NCBI GenBank assembly: GCA_002269645.1
Contig: NIVC01000983.1
Coordinates: 62,001-126,000, forward strand
Source: Macrostomum lignano
Lineage: Eukaryota
Length of the DNA stretch: 64,000 bases
Direction: 5' to 3'
Position numbers and translations under genes: made by a program. Position 1 is the stretch's first letter; every line of letters begins with the position of its first letter. Below are positions 1-12,889 of the stretch, piece after piece. The notes under the pieces were generated by a model, which made no database searches, was not told the origin of the DNA, and worked only from the letters and a program-made list of their open reading frames with translations.

Positions 1-76
1 CAGCACCGGAGGCGCCAGCGCCGGAGGCGCTAGCATCGGAGGCGCCAGCACCAGAGGCGCCAGCACCGGAAGCGCT
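1..76. repeat. 15-bp GGCGCC-core minisatellite (GGCGCCAGCACCGGA), runs off the left edge
   Basis: About 5 degenerate copies; same family as 53836-54058. Confidence 0.8.
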
Positions 77-163
77 GAGGTCCATCCCTGAACTAAACTA
101 ACCATGTACGCCAATGCAATCAGCGACCCCAGTAAGCTAAAAACAAGCAGAGAAGAAGCTCAC

Positions 164-707
164 CTGAGCCTGTGCTGTTCCAAACCCGCACCACAAAGTT
201 TACAGCGCGGTTGGCGGCGACATCAAAGTCAAGCCGCTGGCCGGATCGTAGCGACACCAGGCCGCTAGACGGATTGATGTCCAGCGCAGCCGGCGCCGGA
301 CTGCTAGTGTCGTCGCGGAAGGCGTAGAAGGTGCCGAGCACCGAGGCAGCAGCGCTGAAGATCGGGGAGCCCGACGGCAGCAGCTCCGACACCGTCAGCA
401 CCTGCAGGCCGGGCCCTGTCTGGCGGCGTTGCCGCGGAAGCAGCGGCGAGTCAGCAGCGGGGGCCGCTTGGCGGCTGTCCACCGGCAGAGCGGTGGCGCT
501 GTTGGTTGCCAGTAGCAACCAGCAAGATGCTGCTATTAGAAGCAGCAACATTCGAGAAGATGGCGCTGCCGCTGTTGTAGCTGTTGCCATTGGCAACAAT
601 GCCATTGTCAGGGCGCAAAGTAGGCGGACAACAATGCTGATAATTGAGCCTGGCTGTCTTAGCCGCGAGGCAATTTTAGCAGAAAGTTTTAGCATAAACT
701 GTTGCAA
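164..707 (-). CDS. First coding exon of a cadherin-superfamily gene (signal peptide, short prodomain, first cadherin repeat); remaining exons lie left of the window
   Basis: Hydrophobic signal (MLLLLIAASCWLLLATNSATA), furin-like RQRR, cadherin pattern VSELLPSGSPI...Y...DINPSSGLVSL..RLDFD...FVVRV. Donor CAG|GTGAG at 164/163. Start codon uncertain (several Met). Confidence 0.8.
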
Positions 708-1344
708 TATGAATGAGATTTCTATTCTTTGTCTAAATTGCTGAATGCATTTTGTCTAACAAAAGAAGATCACCAGGGTGGATTTTATTAAACAAACGAG
801 TTTTGAGCAAAGTTTAGTATTGAATGTATATATGGCCAGATTAGAATAATTTACCAGAGAAACCTTCGCGGTTTGAAACTTGGAGTACATATTGATGAGT
901 AATGATAACGATATTAGGTGGGAATTTTATTGCAAATCAATTTCATTCATGTTCATCATCTCTTTCATTTAAAGAAGCATTAAATAAAATACATATATTA
1001 TTTACTCTTACAGTTATTGTATATAGTAATTACTAGCAATTTTCGCCCCCCGTTGGGGGACATCTGGATAGAATCTCTGTTCTCTACAAGTAACAAAAAG
1101 ACAGCCAAATAAAGCCTTCACAAAGACGACAGACAAACTGCTCAAATAAAGTGTAATGCAAAAAGAAATCATCCCAAGACAGCAAGCATCCCCCAGATTG
1201 CAAGCATCCCCCAGATAGCAAGCATCCCGAAATAGTAAGCATCCACCATAAAATAAGTAGCTAGTGCTACAATTTCCTTAGCTCTATAGTGGCTCCTTTA
1301 AAATTGGCATGACGCTTACTTTTACGTTTGAAATTGTGTAAATT

Positions 1345-4300
1345 TTATGTTTGACTTGGTGGCTCTTTAATGTTTGACATGGTGGCTCTTTTATGTTCTA
1401 CATGGTGGCTCTCTTATGTTTGATTCAGGGTTTTCTTAATGTCTGACATGGTGTCTCTTTATTGTTTGACATAGTGGCTCTTTTATGTTTGACATGGTGG
1501 CTCTTTTATGTTTGACATGGTGGCTCTTTAATGTTCGACATGGTGGCTCTTTAATGTTTGACATTATGGCTCTTTAATGTTTGACATGGTGTCTCTTTAA
1601 TGTTTGACATGGTGTCTCTTTAATGTTTGACATGGAGTCATGTATATGTTTGCCATGGTGGCTCTTTAATGTTAGACATGGTGTCTCTTCAATGTTTGAC
1701 ATGGAGTCATGTATATGTTTGACATGGTGGCTCTTGTATTTTTAACATGTTAGCTCTTTAATGTTCGATATGGTGGCTCTTTAATGTCTAACATGGAGTC
1801 ACGTATATGTTTGACATGGAGTCATGTATATGTCTGATATGGTAGCTCTTTAATGTTTTACATGGAGTCACGCATATGTTTCACATGGTGGCTATTTTAT
1901 GTTTGACATGGTGGTTCTTAAATGTTCGACATGGTGGCTCTTTAATGTTTTACATGGTGGCACTTTCATGTTTGACCTGGTGGCTCTTTAATGTTTGACA
2001 TGGTGGCTCTTTAATATTTGACATGGTGGCCCTTTTATGTTCGACATGGTGGCTCTTCAATGTTTGACATGGAGTCATGTATATGCTTGACCTGGTGGCT
2101 CTTTAATGTTTGACATGGTGGCTCTTTAATGTTTTACATGGTGGCACTTTCATGTTTGTAATGGTGACTATTTTATGTTCTACATGGTGGCTCTTTTATG
2201 TTCGACATGGTGGCTCTTTAATGTTTGATAAGGTGGCTCTTTAATGTTCGACATGGTGGCTCTTTAATTTTTGACAAGGTGGCTCTTTAATGTTCGACAT
2301 GGTGGCTCTTTAATGTTTTTAATGGTGTCTGTTTTATGTTTGACATGGTGGCTCTTTAATGTTTTTAATGGTGTCTGTTTTATGTTTGACATGGTGGCTC
2401 TTTAATGCTTGACATGGTGGCTCTTTAATGTTTGACATAGTGGCTCTTTAATTTTCGAAATGGTGGTTGTTTTATGTTCTACATGGTGGCTCTTTAATGT
2501 TCGACATGGTGGCTCTTTAATGTTCTTAATGGTGTCTGTTTTATGTTTGACATGGTGGCTCACTAATGTTCGACATGGTGGCTCTTTAATGTTTGACATG
2601 GTGGCTCTTTAATTTTCGAAATGTTGGCTGTTTTATGTTTGACATGGTAGCACTTTAATGTTGGACATGGTGGCTATTTAATGTTCGACATAGTGGCTGT
2701 TTATGTTTGACATGGTGGCTCTTTTGTGTTCGACATGGTGGTTCCTTTATGTTCGACATGGTGGTTCTTTTATGTTCGACATGGTGGCTCTTTTATGTTA
2801 GACATGGTGGCTCTTTAATGTTAGACATGATGGCTCTTTAATGTTTGACATTGCGGCTCTTTAATGTTTGACATGGAGTAATGTATATGTTTGACCTGGT
2901 GGCTCTTTACTGTTTGACATGGAGTTACATATAAGTTTGACATGGAGTCACATATATGTTTGACATGGTGGCTCTTTTATGTTTGACATGGTGGCTTTTT
3001 TATGTTTGACATGGTGGCCCTTTAATGTTTGACATGGTGGCTCTTTTATGTTAGAAATGGTGGCTCTTTAATGTTCGACATGGTGGCTCTTCAATGTTTG
3101 ACATGGAGTCATGTATATGTTTGACCTGGTGACTCTTTAATATTTGACATGGTGGCTCTTTAATATTTTACATGGTGGCACTTTCACGTTTGACCTGGTG
3201 GCTCTTAAATGTTCAACATGGTGGCTCTTTAATGTTTGACATGTTGTCTCTTTAATGTTTGACATGGAGTCATGTATATTTTTGACATGGTGGCTCTTGA
3301 TTGTTCGACATAGAGTCATGTATATGTTTGCCATGGTGGCTCTTTTATGTTCGACATGGTGTCTCTTCAATGTTTGACATGGAGTCATGTATATGTTTGA
3401 CATGTTGGCTCTTGTATTTTTAACATGTTAGCTCTTTAATGTTCGACATGGTGGCTCTTGTATTTTTAACATGTTGGCTCTTTAATGTTCGACATGGTGG
3501 CTCTTTAATGTCTACCATGGATTCACATATATGTTTGACATGGAGTCATGTATATGTCTGATATGGTAGCTCTTTAATGTTTTACATAAAGTCACTTATA
3601 TGTTTGACATGATGGCTCTTTTATGTTTGACATGGTTGCTCTTTAATGTTTGACATGGAAGCTCTTTTATGTTCGACATGGTGGCTCTTTAATGTTTGAC
3701 ATGGTGGCTCTTTTATGTTCGACATGGTGTCGCTTCAATGTTTGACATGGAGTTACGTATATGTTTTACATGGTGCCTCTTTATGTTCGACATGGTGGCT
3801 CTTTAATGTTTGACATGGGGTCTCTTCAATGTTTGACATGGTGTCTGTTTTATGTTTGACATGGTGGCTCTTTAATGTTCGACATGGTGGCTCTTTAATG
3901 TTCGACATGGTGGCTCTTTTAGGTTTGAAATGGTGGCTCTTTAATGTTTGACATTGTGGCTCTTTAATGTTTGACGTGGTGGCTTTTTAATGTTCGACAT
4001 GGTGGCTCTTTTAGGTTTGAAATGGTGGCTCTTTAATGTTTGACATGGTGGCTTTTTTATGTTCGACATGGTGGCTCTTTAATGTTCGAAATAGTGGCTG
4101 TTTTATGTTTGACACGGTGGCTCTTTAATTTTCGACATGGTGGCTCTTTAATGTTTTACATGGTGGCACTTTCATGCTTGACCTGGTGGCTCTTTAATGT
4201 TTGACATGGTGGCTCTTTAATATTTGACATGGTGGCTCTTTTATGTTTGACATGGTGGCTCTTTTATCTTTGACGTGGTGGCTCTTTAATGTTCGACATG

Positions 4301-5330
4301 GTGGCTCTTTAATGTTCGACATGGTGGCTCTTTAATGTTCGAAATAGTGTCTGTTTTATGTTTGACACGGTGGCTCTTTAATGTTCGAAATGGTGGCTCT
4401 TTAATGTTTGACATGGTGGCTCTTTAATTTTCGAAATGGTGGCTCTGTTTTATGTTTTACATGGTGGCTCTTTAATGTTCGACATAGTGGCTGTTTTATG
4501 TTTGACATGGTGGCTCTTTAATGTTCGACATGGTGGCTCTTTAATGTTTTTAACGGTGTCTGTTTTATGTTTGACATGGTGGCTCTTTAATGTTCGACAT
4601 GGTGGCTCTTTAATGTTTGACATAGTGTCTCTTTAATTTTCGAAATGTTGGCTGTTTTATGTTTGACATGGTGGCTCTTTAATGTTCGACATGGTGGCTC
4701 TTTAATGTTCTTAATGGTGTCTGTTTTATGTTTGACATGGTGGCTCTTTAATGTTCGACATGGTGGCTCTTTAATGTTTGACATGGTAGTTATTTTATGT
4801 TTGATATGGTGGCTTTTTTATGTTTGACATGGTGGCTCTTTAATGTTCGACATGGTGGCTCTTTTAGGTTTGAAATGGTGGCTCTTTAATGTTTGACATT
4901 GTGGCTCTTTAATGTTTGACATGGTGGCTTTTTAATGTTCGACATGGTGGCTCTTTTAGGTTTGAAATGGTGGCTCTTTAATGTTTGACATTGTGGCTCT
5001 TTAATGTTTGACATGGTGGCTTTTTAATGTTCGACATGGTGGCTCTTTTAGGTTTGAAATGGTGGCTCTTTAATGTTTGACATGGTGGCTTTTTAATGTT
5101 CGACATGGTGGCTCTTTAATGTTCTTAATGGTGTCTGTTTTATGTTTGACATGGTGGCTCTTTTATGTTTCGACATGGTGGCTCTTTAATGTTCTTAATG
5201 GTGTCTGTTTTATGTTTGACATGGTGGCTCTTTAATGTTCTTAATGGTAACTCTACGTTCGAAATGGTGGCTCTTTTATGTTTGACATGGTGGCTCTTGT
5301 ATGTTTGACATAGCGCTTCTTTTATGTTTA
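1345..5330. repeat. About 4-kb satellite array, 23-bp unit (GACATGGTGGCTCTTTAATGTTY) with recurring variants
   Basis: 23-bp period read directly; ORF translations repeat every 23 aa (3 x 23 nt). Confidence 0.97.
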
Positions 5331-5372
5331 GCAGTTTTTTGTTTTTAAGGTGTTTTAATAAAAAATCATTTT

Positions 5373-5437
5373 GCGCTACCAAGATTCGAACCCAGATCGC
5401 TACATTAGCAGTCCAGTCTGTTCGCATCTAGGCTATC
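5373..5437 (-). pseudogene. Degenerate tRNA-like sequence (tRNA-Ser(GCT)-like or SINE head)
   Basis: Minus strand reads GGACTGCTAAT...GGGTTCGAATC (anticodon-loop-like segment plus B box); stems do not close. Confidence 0.4.
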
Positions 5438-8054
5438 TTTTTTTAATTGGAGCACATGAATTGTGGCCCTTATAATTCAATTCGGTTAGAAAGTCGCAAG
5501 TCGGTTAGAGTAAAAATTTATGACATAATCAATTTATCAGTCAGCCAGTATCAGTCTTAATTGAAGTTAGCAATATGGTTACACAATTTTAATCAAGTCG
5601 GGTGTGCATTTCTTCGACACTGTTTTCAAATTGTTGTGATGCAATCTTTATCACAATCGGAATTCAGCCAGTCAGTTTTTTCTCTAGCATTCTTACAATG
5701 CATTCCAGGTCGAAAGCGCTGCTTGACCTTTGCAAAAAAGCATGTTTTTCGAATATTTAATCCCTTTAAAATTGAGCAATTTCTTAGCCAGGATGCATGT
5801 ACCGTCCCAGGAAAATTTCTGATCGAATGGTGCAAGTTTGAAGAAAATCGGTTGAGCCATTTTTTCTGAAATCTATCGCATAGCTAGTTACAGACATTTC
5901 ATTTTTAGTATATAGGAGAATTACTATAGGTAAGTTACATAACCCAACTTCTAATGAAACTGAATTTACAATGCTTAATAATAAGTAAAAATGGTTGTTA
6001 ATCAGTTTTACAGATTGTGACTAAAATATCTTACCTAAGCATAAAAAAGAATGTATACGGCATATATAAGACATCAGACAATCCAAATTAATAAGCAACT
6101 TATTATTAAGTTTTAAATACCTTTGCTTTACTTTAGTTTTGTGGAGTACTTTTGGTTTTCTTTGGGTCAAGACTTTTACCAATGTTGTAGTTCTTGTTCT
6201 TTTACCTCTTCAATTAGAAGCCTTCTCTAGTAGTGTAAGTAGTTGCTGCCACAAGTCCCTGCAAGTCGCAGTCTTTATTAAGGTGAGGATCCTACCAGAA
6301 TAAAAAAGACAAGCAAACATAGCCATCAGACAGATTAGTGATTTTAAATGACTAGTTAGCAGATCCTGCTAGGCTCAGTAGGTAGTTGGGAGGGTGCATG
6401 GTGTTAGCCTTGGAGCAGACTCAGTGGTCTTGGTTTAGGATGAAAACTGTTTAAGGACAATATTAAATATATAATTTGGGCATTTAGAACTAAGAGCAAA
6501 TAAACAAATCAGGGCCAAAACTCCTTGACAAAAACAAGGTTGAGGGGCTTCTACTTATAGCTTAGGAGACCCCATTGTACCAAGCATACAAGATATTATA
6601 TTATATGTGGTATCTATTTTTAGCAACTAATATCAATGTTTACCACAAAGAAAGAAAGGATCTTAAAGCAAAATTTCTACTATAAGCATTGACTAAACAT
6701 AATAAAGATATTTATTATACCTTGAACTATAATAAAATAGAACTTCTATTTAGAATAAAATAGAATTTCACCTGTCTGGTGCAACTTAGTTTTGTCTAGA
6801 TTTGCAACTTAGTTTCTCCCAATTGCAACTTAGTTCCTCTTGATTGCAACTTAATTTTACCTTTGTATATGACTGTTCTTGCTTTTTACTCTTTTTTTCT
6901 CTTTTTTCTCTCTCTCTTTCTTCTTTCCCTCTCTCTCTTATCCCTCCTTTCTTTTCCCTTTCTCTCCTTTCTTTCTTCTCCCATTTTCATTTTTTTGCAT
7001 TTTCAATTTTGCAACATACCTTTGCCAGTGGCCATTTCACCCATCTGGTTTGGATGGGTTGGATGGGTGTTAGGCATATATGGTAGGCCACTAGTGTCCA
7101 ATTGCTAGTTGGAGAAATTAACTAAGAATGAACTAATACTTAAAGCTAAATTTAGCAACAGGCAAAAAGTGAAAGTTTAAATTGATATAAAAGTTGGAAA
7201 AAGAAGTATTAATAGGCTAGGCTACTATGTAAAAGTTATAAAACTGGACCTTTTCATGCACCACATGCATGGAAAGACCTAAAATTATTGATAAAGCAAC
7301 TATTATATGAGTATATAATGCTTTAAAAACTGTATAGAGAATAGAACAAAAATAAAATGGACAAACTTGATGCCACCATATGCAAAAATTACATAGAAGA
7401 GATAGGAAAAGATATTAAAGATATAAAAGCTAGCCACTAGTAAAGCACCAATGATTGAAAATGGAGTACAAAACAGAAGAGCAGAAGAATAAAGCACAGA
7501 GCAAGGAACAAGCAAGCCAAAAAGGGAATTATGCCTAGCCATAGCCAATAGCTCAGAGTGAAGGCAAGGGAAACTACTGGCTAAAGTAAGAAAGATACCT
7601 AATTGTAATACTATAATAGTAATTCTAGTATCTTACTATATCTGGTTATGTATAATTTAATTTTTTGTTAAATTAAAAATATTTATTTTTGGTATTCTTC
7701 AAAGAAAAAATCTTTTGTAAGTCAATCAAGTAATTTTGTTTAGTTTTTTTATTAGCTTCTTTAGTATTGGATAGTATTTGACAAAATCTGTATGAAATTA
7801 AAAGAATTAATATCTTAATGTAATAATATAAATGAAACTATATTACACAGTACATATTTTAGAGTTCTGCAGGAAGTTACAGATGTAAAGGTTTTTTGCA
7901 AAGCATACAGATATGGATATGGTTATGGGAACTCATACTTTATATATCAAGTTCTCATATCTAAAAATATCACTCAACTAAGAATTTAAAAACATAAGAC
8001 TTAAGACCATTGGAGCTACCCCTGGGGTCAAGGATTCAGACAACACATTTTTGA

Positions 8055-8057
<3 letters not shown>

Positions 8058-8090
<33 letters not shown>
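8058..8090. repeat. (TA)n microsatellite
   Basis: Pure TA run. Confidence 0.95.
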
Positions 8091-8092
<2 letters not shown>

Positions 8093-8529
8093 ACTATTGT
8101 GATTGGGATGCTGGCAGCTTAAGTTATAAGATAAATAAAGCCAATAGGAAAGTATCAAAGAAGGCTAGATTGCTAGGAAGAAGGAGGGAGAAAGGAGAAA
8201 AAGGGGCAGAAAAGAGAGGGTTATATTAATTTTATTTCATTTTTATTTTATTTTGTATCTTAGAAAAGAAGATTTTTGCCCTTGGCCTCAACTGTATACT
8301 CTGTTATCTTTGCAACTAGAGCAATAGCACTTTGTGTAAGCCCTAGCAGCATAGGGCAGCAGCTTCTAACCAGATAACATGGCTAGCCAGGCAAAGTTAT
8401 TGCTTGCACAGCAGGTCAGAAGGCCAAATCAGGGGCACCCATATGAAGAGTGTGGCATTGGTCTTGCTATCTAGACTGATACACACTCCAAATGCTCCAT
8501 ACAGTATAACTAGGTTATGATTTTTTTAG

Positions 8530-9012
8530 TAAAAAGTCATTTTGGCAAAATTCATTTTAGCAAAAAGTTTTCACCATGTTTAGAAGGCACTATATAGTTA
8601 TAATGTATTACCTCTTTATTTATCAATTGTTCATTGTGGTTTTTTGAATATATAAAAACATGTATTTACAAGCAAAAGAACTTAACTTTGGTTTATAAAA
8701 ATGTTTAGTCTAACACTAAATGAATGGTTTAATGTAGGTAAAAATGGAGAACCTTGAAAATTAGACATACATTTTAAGTATGGTTCAAGTGATTGAATAA
8801 TACAGTTCAAGTGATAAAATGATTTAGCAATTTTTTAAGAATGAAGTGTGTATATACCAACCGATTGCGCACCAAAGCAATCAATTGTCACTCATGTTGC
8901 TTAAAGTTTGAGCACTTGTTGCACTACACTACACTACACTAAAGCTTACTACACTATTTTACACGTATTAGTAAGCTTTTTGCTGAAATGACTTTTTGCC
9001 GAAATGACTAGT
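8530..9012. mobile_element. Possible degenerate MITE bounded by ~33-bp imperfect inverted repeats
   Basis: AGTCATTTTGGCAAAATTCATTTTAGCAAAAAG near 8534 versus reverse complement AGTCATTTCGGCAAAAAGTCATTTCAGCAAAAAG near 8975-9010; no TSD identified. Confidence 0.4.
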
Positions 9013-9407
9013 ACACAGATGGCTTCATGTGCAAAATCCAATGATCTCTCAGGTGTCTATCAAGGTCAAGGTCTCGACTTTGTACAACAGTTATGGAAAG
9101 TTTACTAGCTACAAATATGGATATGAATATGGATAGGCTACTGGAAAATTTTCGAGATATGGCTACATATATGGATAATGGGAAAAATTTGGTTTTAGAG
9201 CCAAACTCTATTATATTTTATAGAATAAAATAAGTCTGCATTTAATGGATAACATCTAGCATAACCAATAAACTTGTATTATTGCAAGTGTAGATCACTA
9301 TATGATATAAAAAAACAAAAAACAAAGAAATATTTTCCAATTACTCTGAAAAAGTATCTAAAGAAAAAACTCTGCAAGTAAGTGCAACGTTTATCTTATT
9401 CTTATAA

Positions 9408-10093
9408 GGCAGTGCTTATTTAGCCGGCACCGGTCGAATAAGTTCGCTACTATTTAGCCGGCACCGGTCAAATAAGCCCGTCACTATTTAGCCGGCAGTC
9501 CTGCCCCACTGCCGGTCAAATAAGCCCGTCACTATTTAGCCGGCAGTCCTGCCCCACTGCCGGTCAAATAAGCTCGTCACTATTTAGCCGGCAATAAACA
9601 AATTTAATGCTACGATTCGTAGCAACTACGATATAAGGATATAAGGAACTACGATTCGTACGACAGAAACTAAAGTGTCTGTAGAAGTGTCTGAATAAGT
9701 GTCGGCGAATGTTTAATACGTCCTAGTTGTGGGCCCTGGCCATACTGTACATGTATACTGTCTGTAGCACACGAGAGGGCAAGGATCGCTTGGATGAATG
9801 GGTTATAGCTTATTAATTTGACCGGCAGTGGGGCAGGACTGCCAGCTAAATAGTGACGGGCTTATTTGACCGGCAGCAGGACTGGGGCAGGACTGCCGGC
9901 TAAATAGTGACGGGCTTATTTGACCGGCAGTGGGGCAGGACTGCCGGCTAAATAGTGACGGGCTTATTTGACCGGCAGTTGGGCAGGCCTGCCAGATAAA
10001 TAGTGACGCGCTTATTTGACCGGCAATGGGGCAGGACTGCCGGCTAAATAGTGACGCGCTTATTTGACCGGTGCCGGCTAAATAAGCACTGCC
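9408..10093. mobile_element. Non-autonomous Mutator-like/Foldback element with long TIRs built from 48-bp repeats
   Basis: Ends GGCAGTGCTTATTTAGCCGGCACCGGTC and its reverse complement; exact 9-bp TSD TTCTTATAA at 9399-9407 and 10094-10102. Confidence 0.85.
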
Positions 10094-12889
10094 TTCTTAT
10101 AATTAGTAATTAATATCTTTAGATTCTCGATTAGCTAAAAACATAAATATCTTGACTCTAAACTTAACCAAATATTTCGAAAAACAAAATAAAGACACAT
10201 CCCACAACGTTAGAATTAATGCGACGGACGGAAAACAACAATAATAACAATTAATATTAGCTAGCAAGCACGCGCGTTGAGGAAACTGTCAAAAGTTGTA
10301 TTTTAAGATGAAGCAACAAACTACGCAAAAGATTTCAAAATGAAATAAAATTTTAAATACAATAACTTTTTTTATTTAAAAACTGTATGTTTAATACATA
10401 ATAAGCTAACAACTTAATAATATTTTTCTACTTTTCTTTTACCGAGTAAAAGAAATAACGAAATTTCTCAGGGTTCTAGATAAGTCCTTTTCATCAGAGA
10501 AAGAGCTAGAACTTTGGAAGTATCAGCATTACTGAACATAAACTCAAGAATGGTGGTACCCCTTTCGTAAAAAAAGTCTAGTATTGTACTATTATATTAA
10601 GTGACTGGCTTTCCAAGCTAATCTATGAAATAATACGGGTAATTGCGAGCTAACCTGTGCATTCTGAAAGCATAATTTGTCACGTTACTTAAATATGGCG
10701 CATATTTAAATATTTTCTGACGACCGGGTCGGAGTGTAAGTAAGTTTTCTTTATTCTACTAGGCCTATTTTTTGTTTCTATCGCAGCACAGAAGTTCTAT
10801 GAGGTCGATAAAAGCCCACTTTCTGTTCCTATAGATAGTAATGCTTAATGCTAGATTGCTAGGGGGCCTAGTTCCTAATCTTTTTGTGGGCCTACGCCTA
10901 CTGGATGGTTTGCTGTGATCGATTAGGCCTAAGCTAGCCTATGCCCACGCCCTAGTATTTTCAATTGATTCGTGTCTCCAACGTCATTTTGTGCTTGTCT
11001 GTGTAAATCAATCTTAGGCTAGTATTACCTTGATTGGTTTACATGCTTTTCGGTGCTAGGCCAAATTTAAACCTAAATTTTGTCAATAATAGAAATTTTA
11101 ATTTTATTGAGTTATAAATGATATAAAGTCAAGTTAGAAATTTATTGTGGCACAAAAGTGTAACAACATAGGCCTACTACATAGCAGGCCAGAAAAGCCA
11201 GCTTTTTACTGAACAGTTTTAATTTTGATTACCTGACTTAGTTTCTAGACACTTTGTGACTTGTCATCTTACCACTTTGTCATCCACTTATATTTCTGGA
11301 TACTTCATCATCAGTTGACAGTCATTTTATCTGTTGCCAGTTTGTCTGCCACTCTTTTGTTTGCAAATATATGATGCAGTTGTTTTGTCTGCCAACCAAA
11401 CATATATGCGCAACTGCTAGCCAACCTGGCCAATCTGGCTACCGTAAATTGTGGTGGACCAAGGGTAAGTTGCAAAAATGCCACCCCAAAGAATATGGAC
11501 ATAGTACTAATTAGATGCCGAGGCATTTAGGCCTGATAAGACAGTCATAGTTACTCCTGCCATTTACCCAAAATTACATTAATTTTGCTTTAGGGTTTCT
11601 TTTACAAGTAAGTTGCATGGCCAGTGTAAATCAGGGGGGTTGCGCATGTATGCAACCAAATATTAAATATATGTCAGTACCTCAGTAATCATATGTTTAT
11701 AGGCATAGGCATATATAAAAAGGAAATATCTGATCATCTGGACTATATGGTATATCTTTAAAAGGTTGACAGTTGTTTCGTCTGCTGCCAGTTTGTCTAC
11801 CATTTTTTTGTCTGCAAAAATATGATGCAGTCATTTTGTCTGCCACAAAATATTAAGACTAAATATGATATTAGTATATATATAATAATGAAAATAAAAT
11901 AATAAATATCTGTATATCTTAAAAAATACATTACATTAGAACTATAAGTACAAGCATACAATCTAAAAATATTTTTCCCAAGGGACCCATAGGCCTAGTA
12001 TACATATATATATTATATATATACTAACTTTTGTTTGAAAAACTTAGTTATATATAACTTTGTCAGCTAAGTTGTATTATATTAGTAGTTATAAATATAA
12101 GTAGCTATACTATGTCTGAATATATATAACTAGGCTTATAAATAATAAGCAGATCAGTGGTGGATCTAGGATTCCTTTTTGGGGAAAGGGTAGATAGGCA
12201 GACAAGGGGTACACTATTACTAGAAGGGCGCCATATGCACTTAGCACCTTAGTCCTTAGCTTTATCCTTTTCAATGTCCTTTATGATAATTATTGACATG
12301 CAAAATGATATAAATTAAATGGCTAATTGACTTTATACAAAATGTAATTTTTTTGTTGTGTGGTAGTTTAAGTTTGTCATTTAGCTGCAATGAAAGTAGC
12401 CCTAGGCCTAGGTGTATAGCAAATTGGAAAAATGATTAAATAGCTAAGTCTCAAGTAATGTGAAATAATATAAAGTAAAGTAATATCTCAAGAATGTTAG
12501 CCAGAGGGACATATTGTCATATTGACTATAAAATAAAAAAGTTAGCTTTATTAAAAGTTGCAAATTGCAATACAAGCTTTAGTAACTTAGCTAGCTTTAT
12601 AAAAATTCATGGGCAGCTTGTAGTGATAGCTAGTTGTTAATAGCAAAAAGACGGATGCTTGCAAAAAGGGTAAAAATTCAAATAACAAAGTTTTTATAGT
12701 GTGAGCCACTTTTGCAAAATCAATCAATCTGATCTGCAGTCACTGCAACCTCAGCGTGGGTGTGCAATGTATAGAGCCAGGCTGACAAGTCTATCCTATT
12801 GCATGGTAGAATGTGTATATTGCCAATACCAACAGCCAAGTGAATCCCAAGGTTGCGCCCAAGCATGCATGTGATGGGCGAGGTGTACT

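Noticed and set aside
1345-5330. CRISPR-like array or p53-site array
   Set aside because: Contiguous tandem units with no unique spacers, eukaryotic context, no cas genes; CATG cores do not fit RRRCWWGYYY.
11310-11860. ~90-bp direct repeats 450 bp apart as LTRs
   Set aside because: Degenerate, with no TG..CA ends, TSD, PBS or PPT.
12155-12170. CAGTGGTGGATCTAGG as the hAT terminal repeat
   Set aside because: No matching inverted partner or TSD found near the other end of the remnant.
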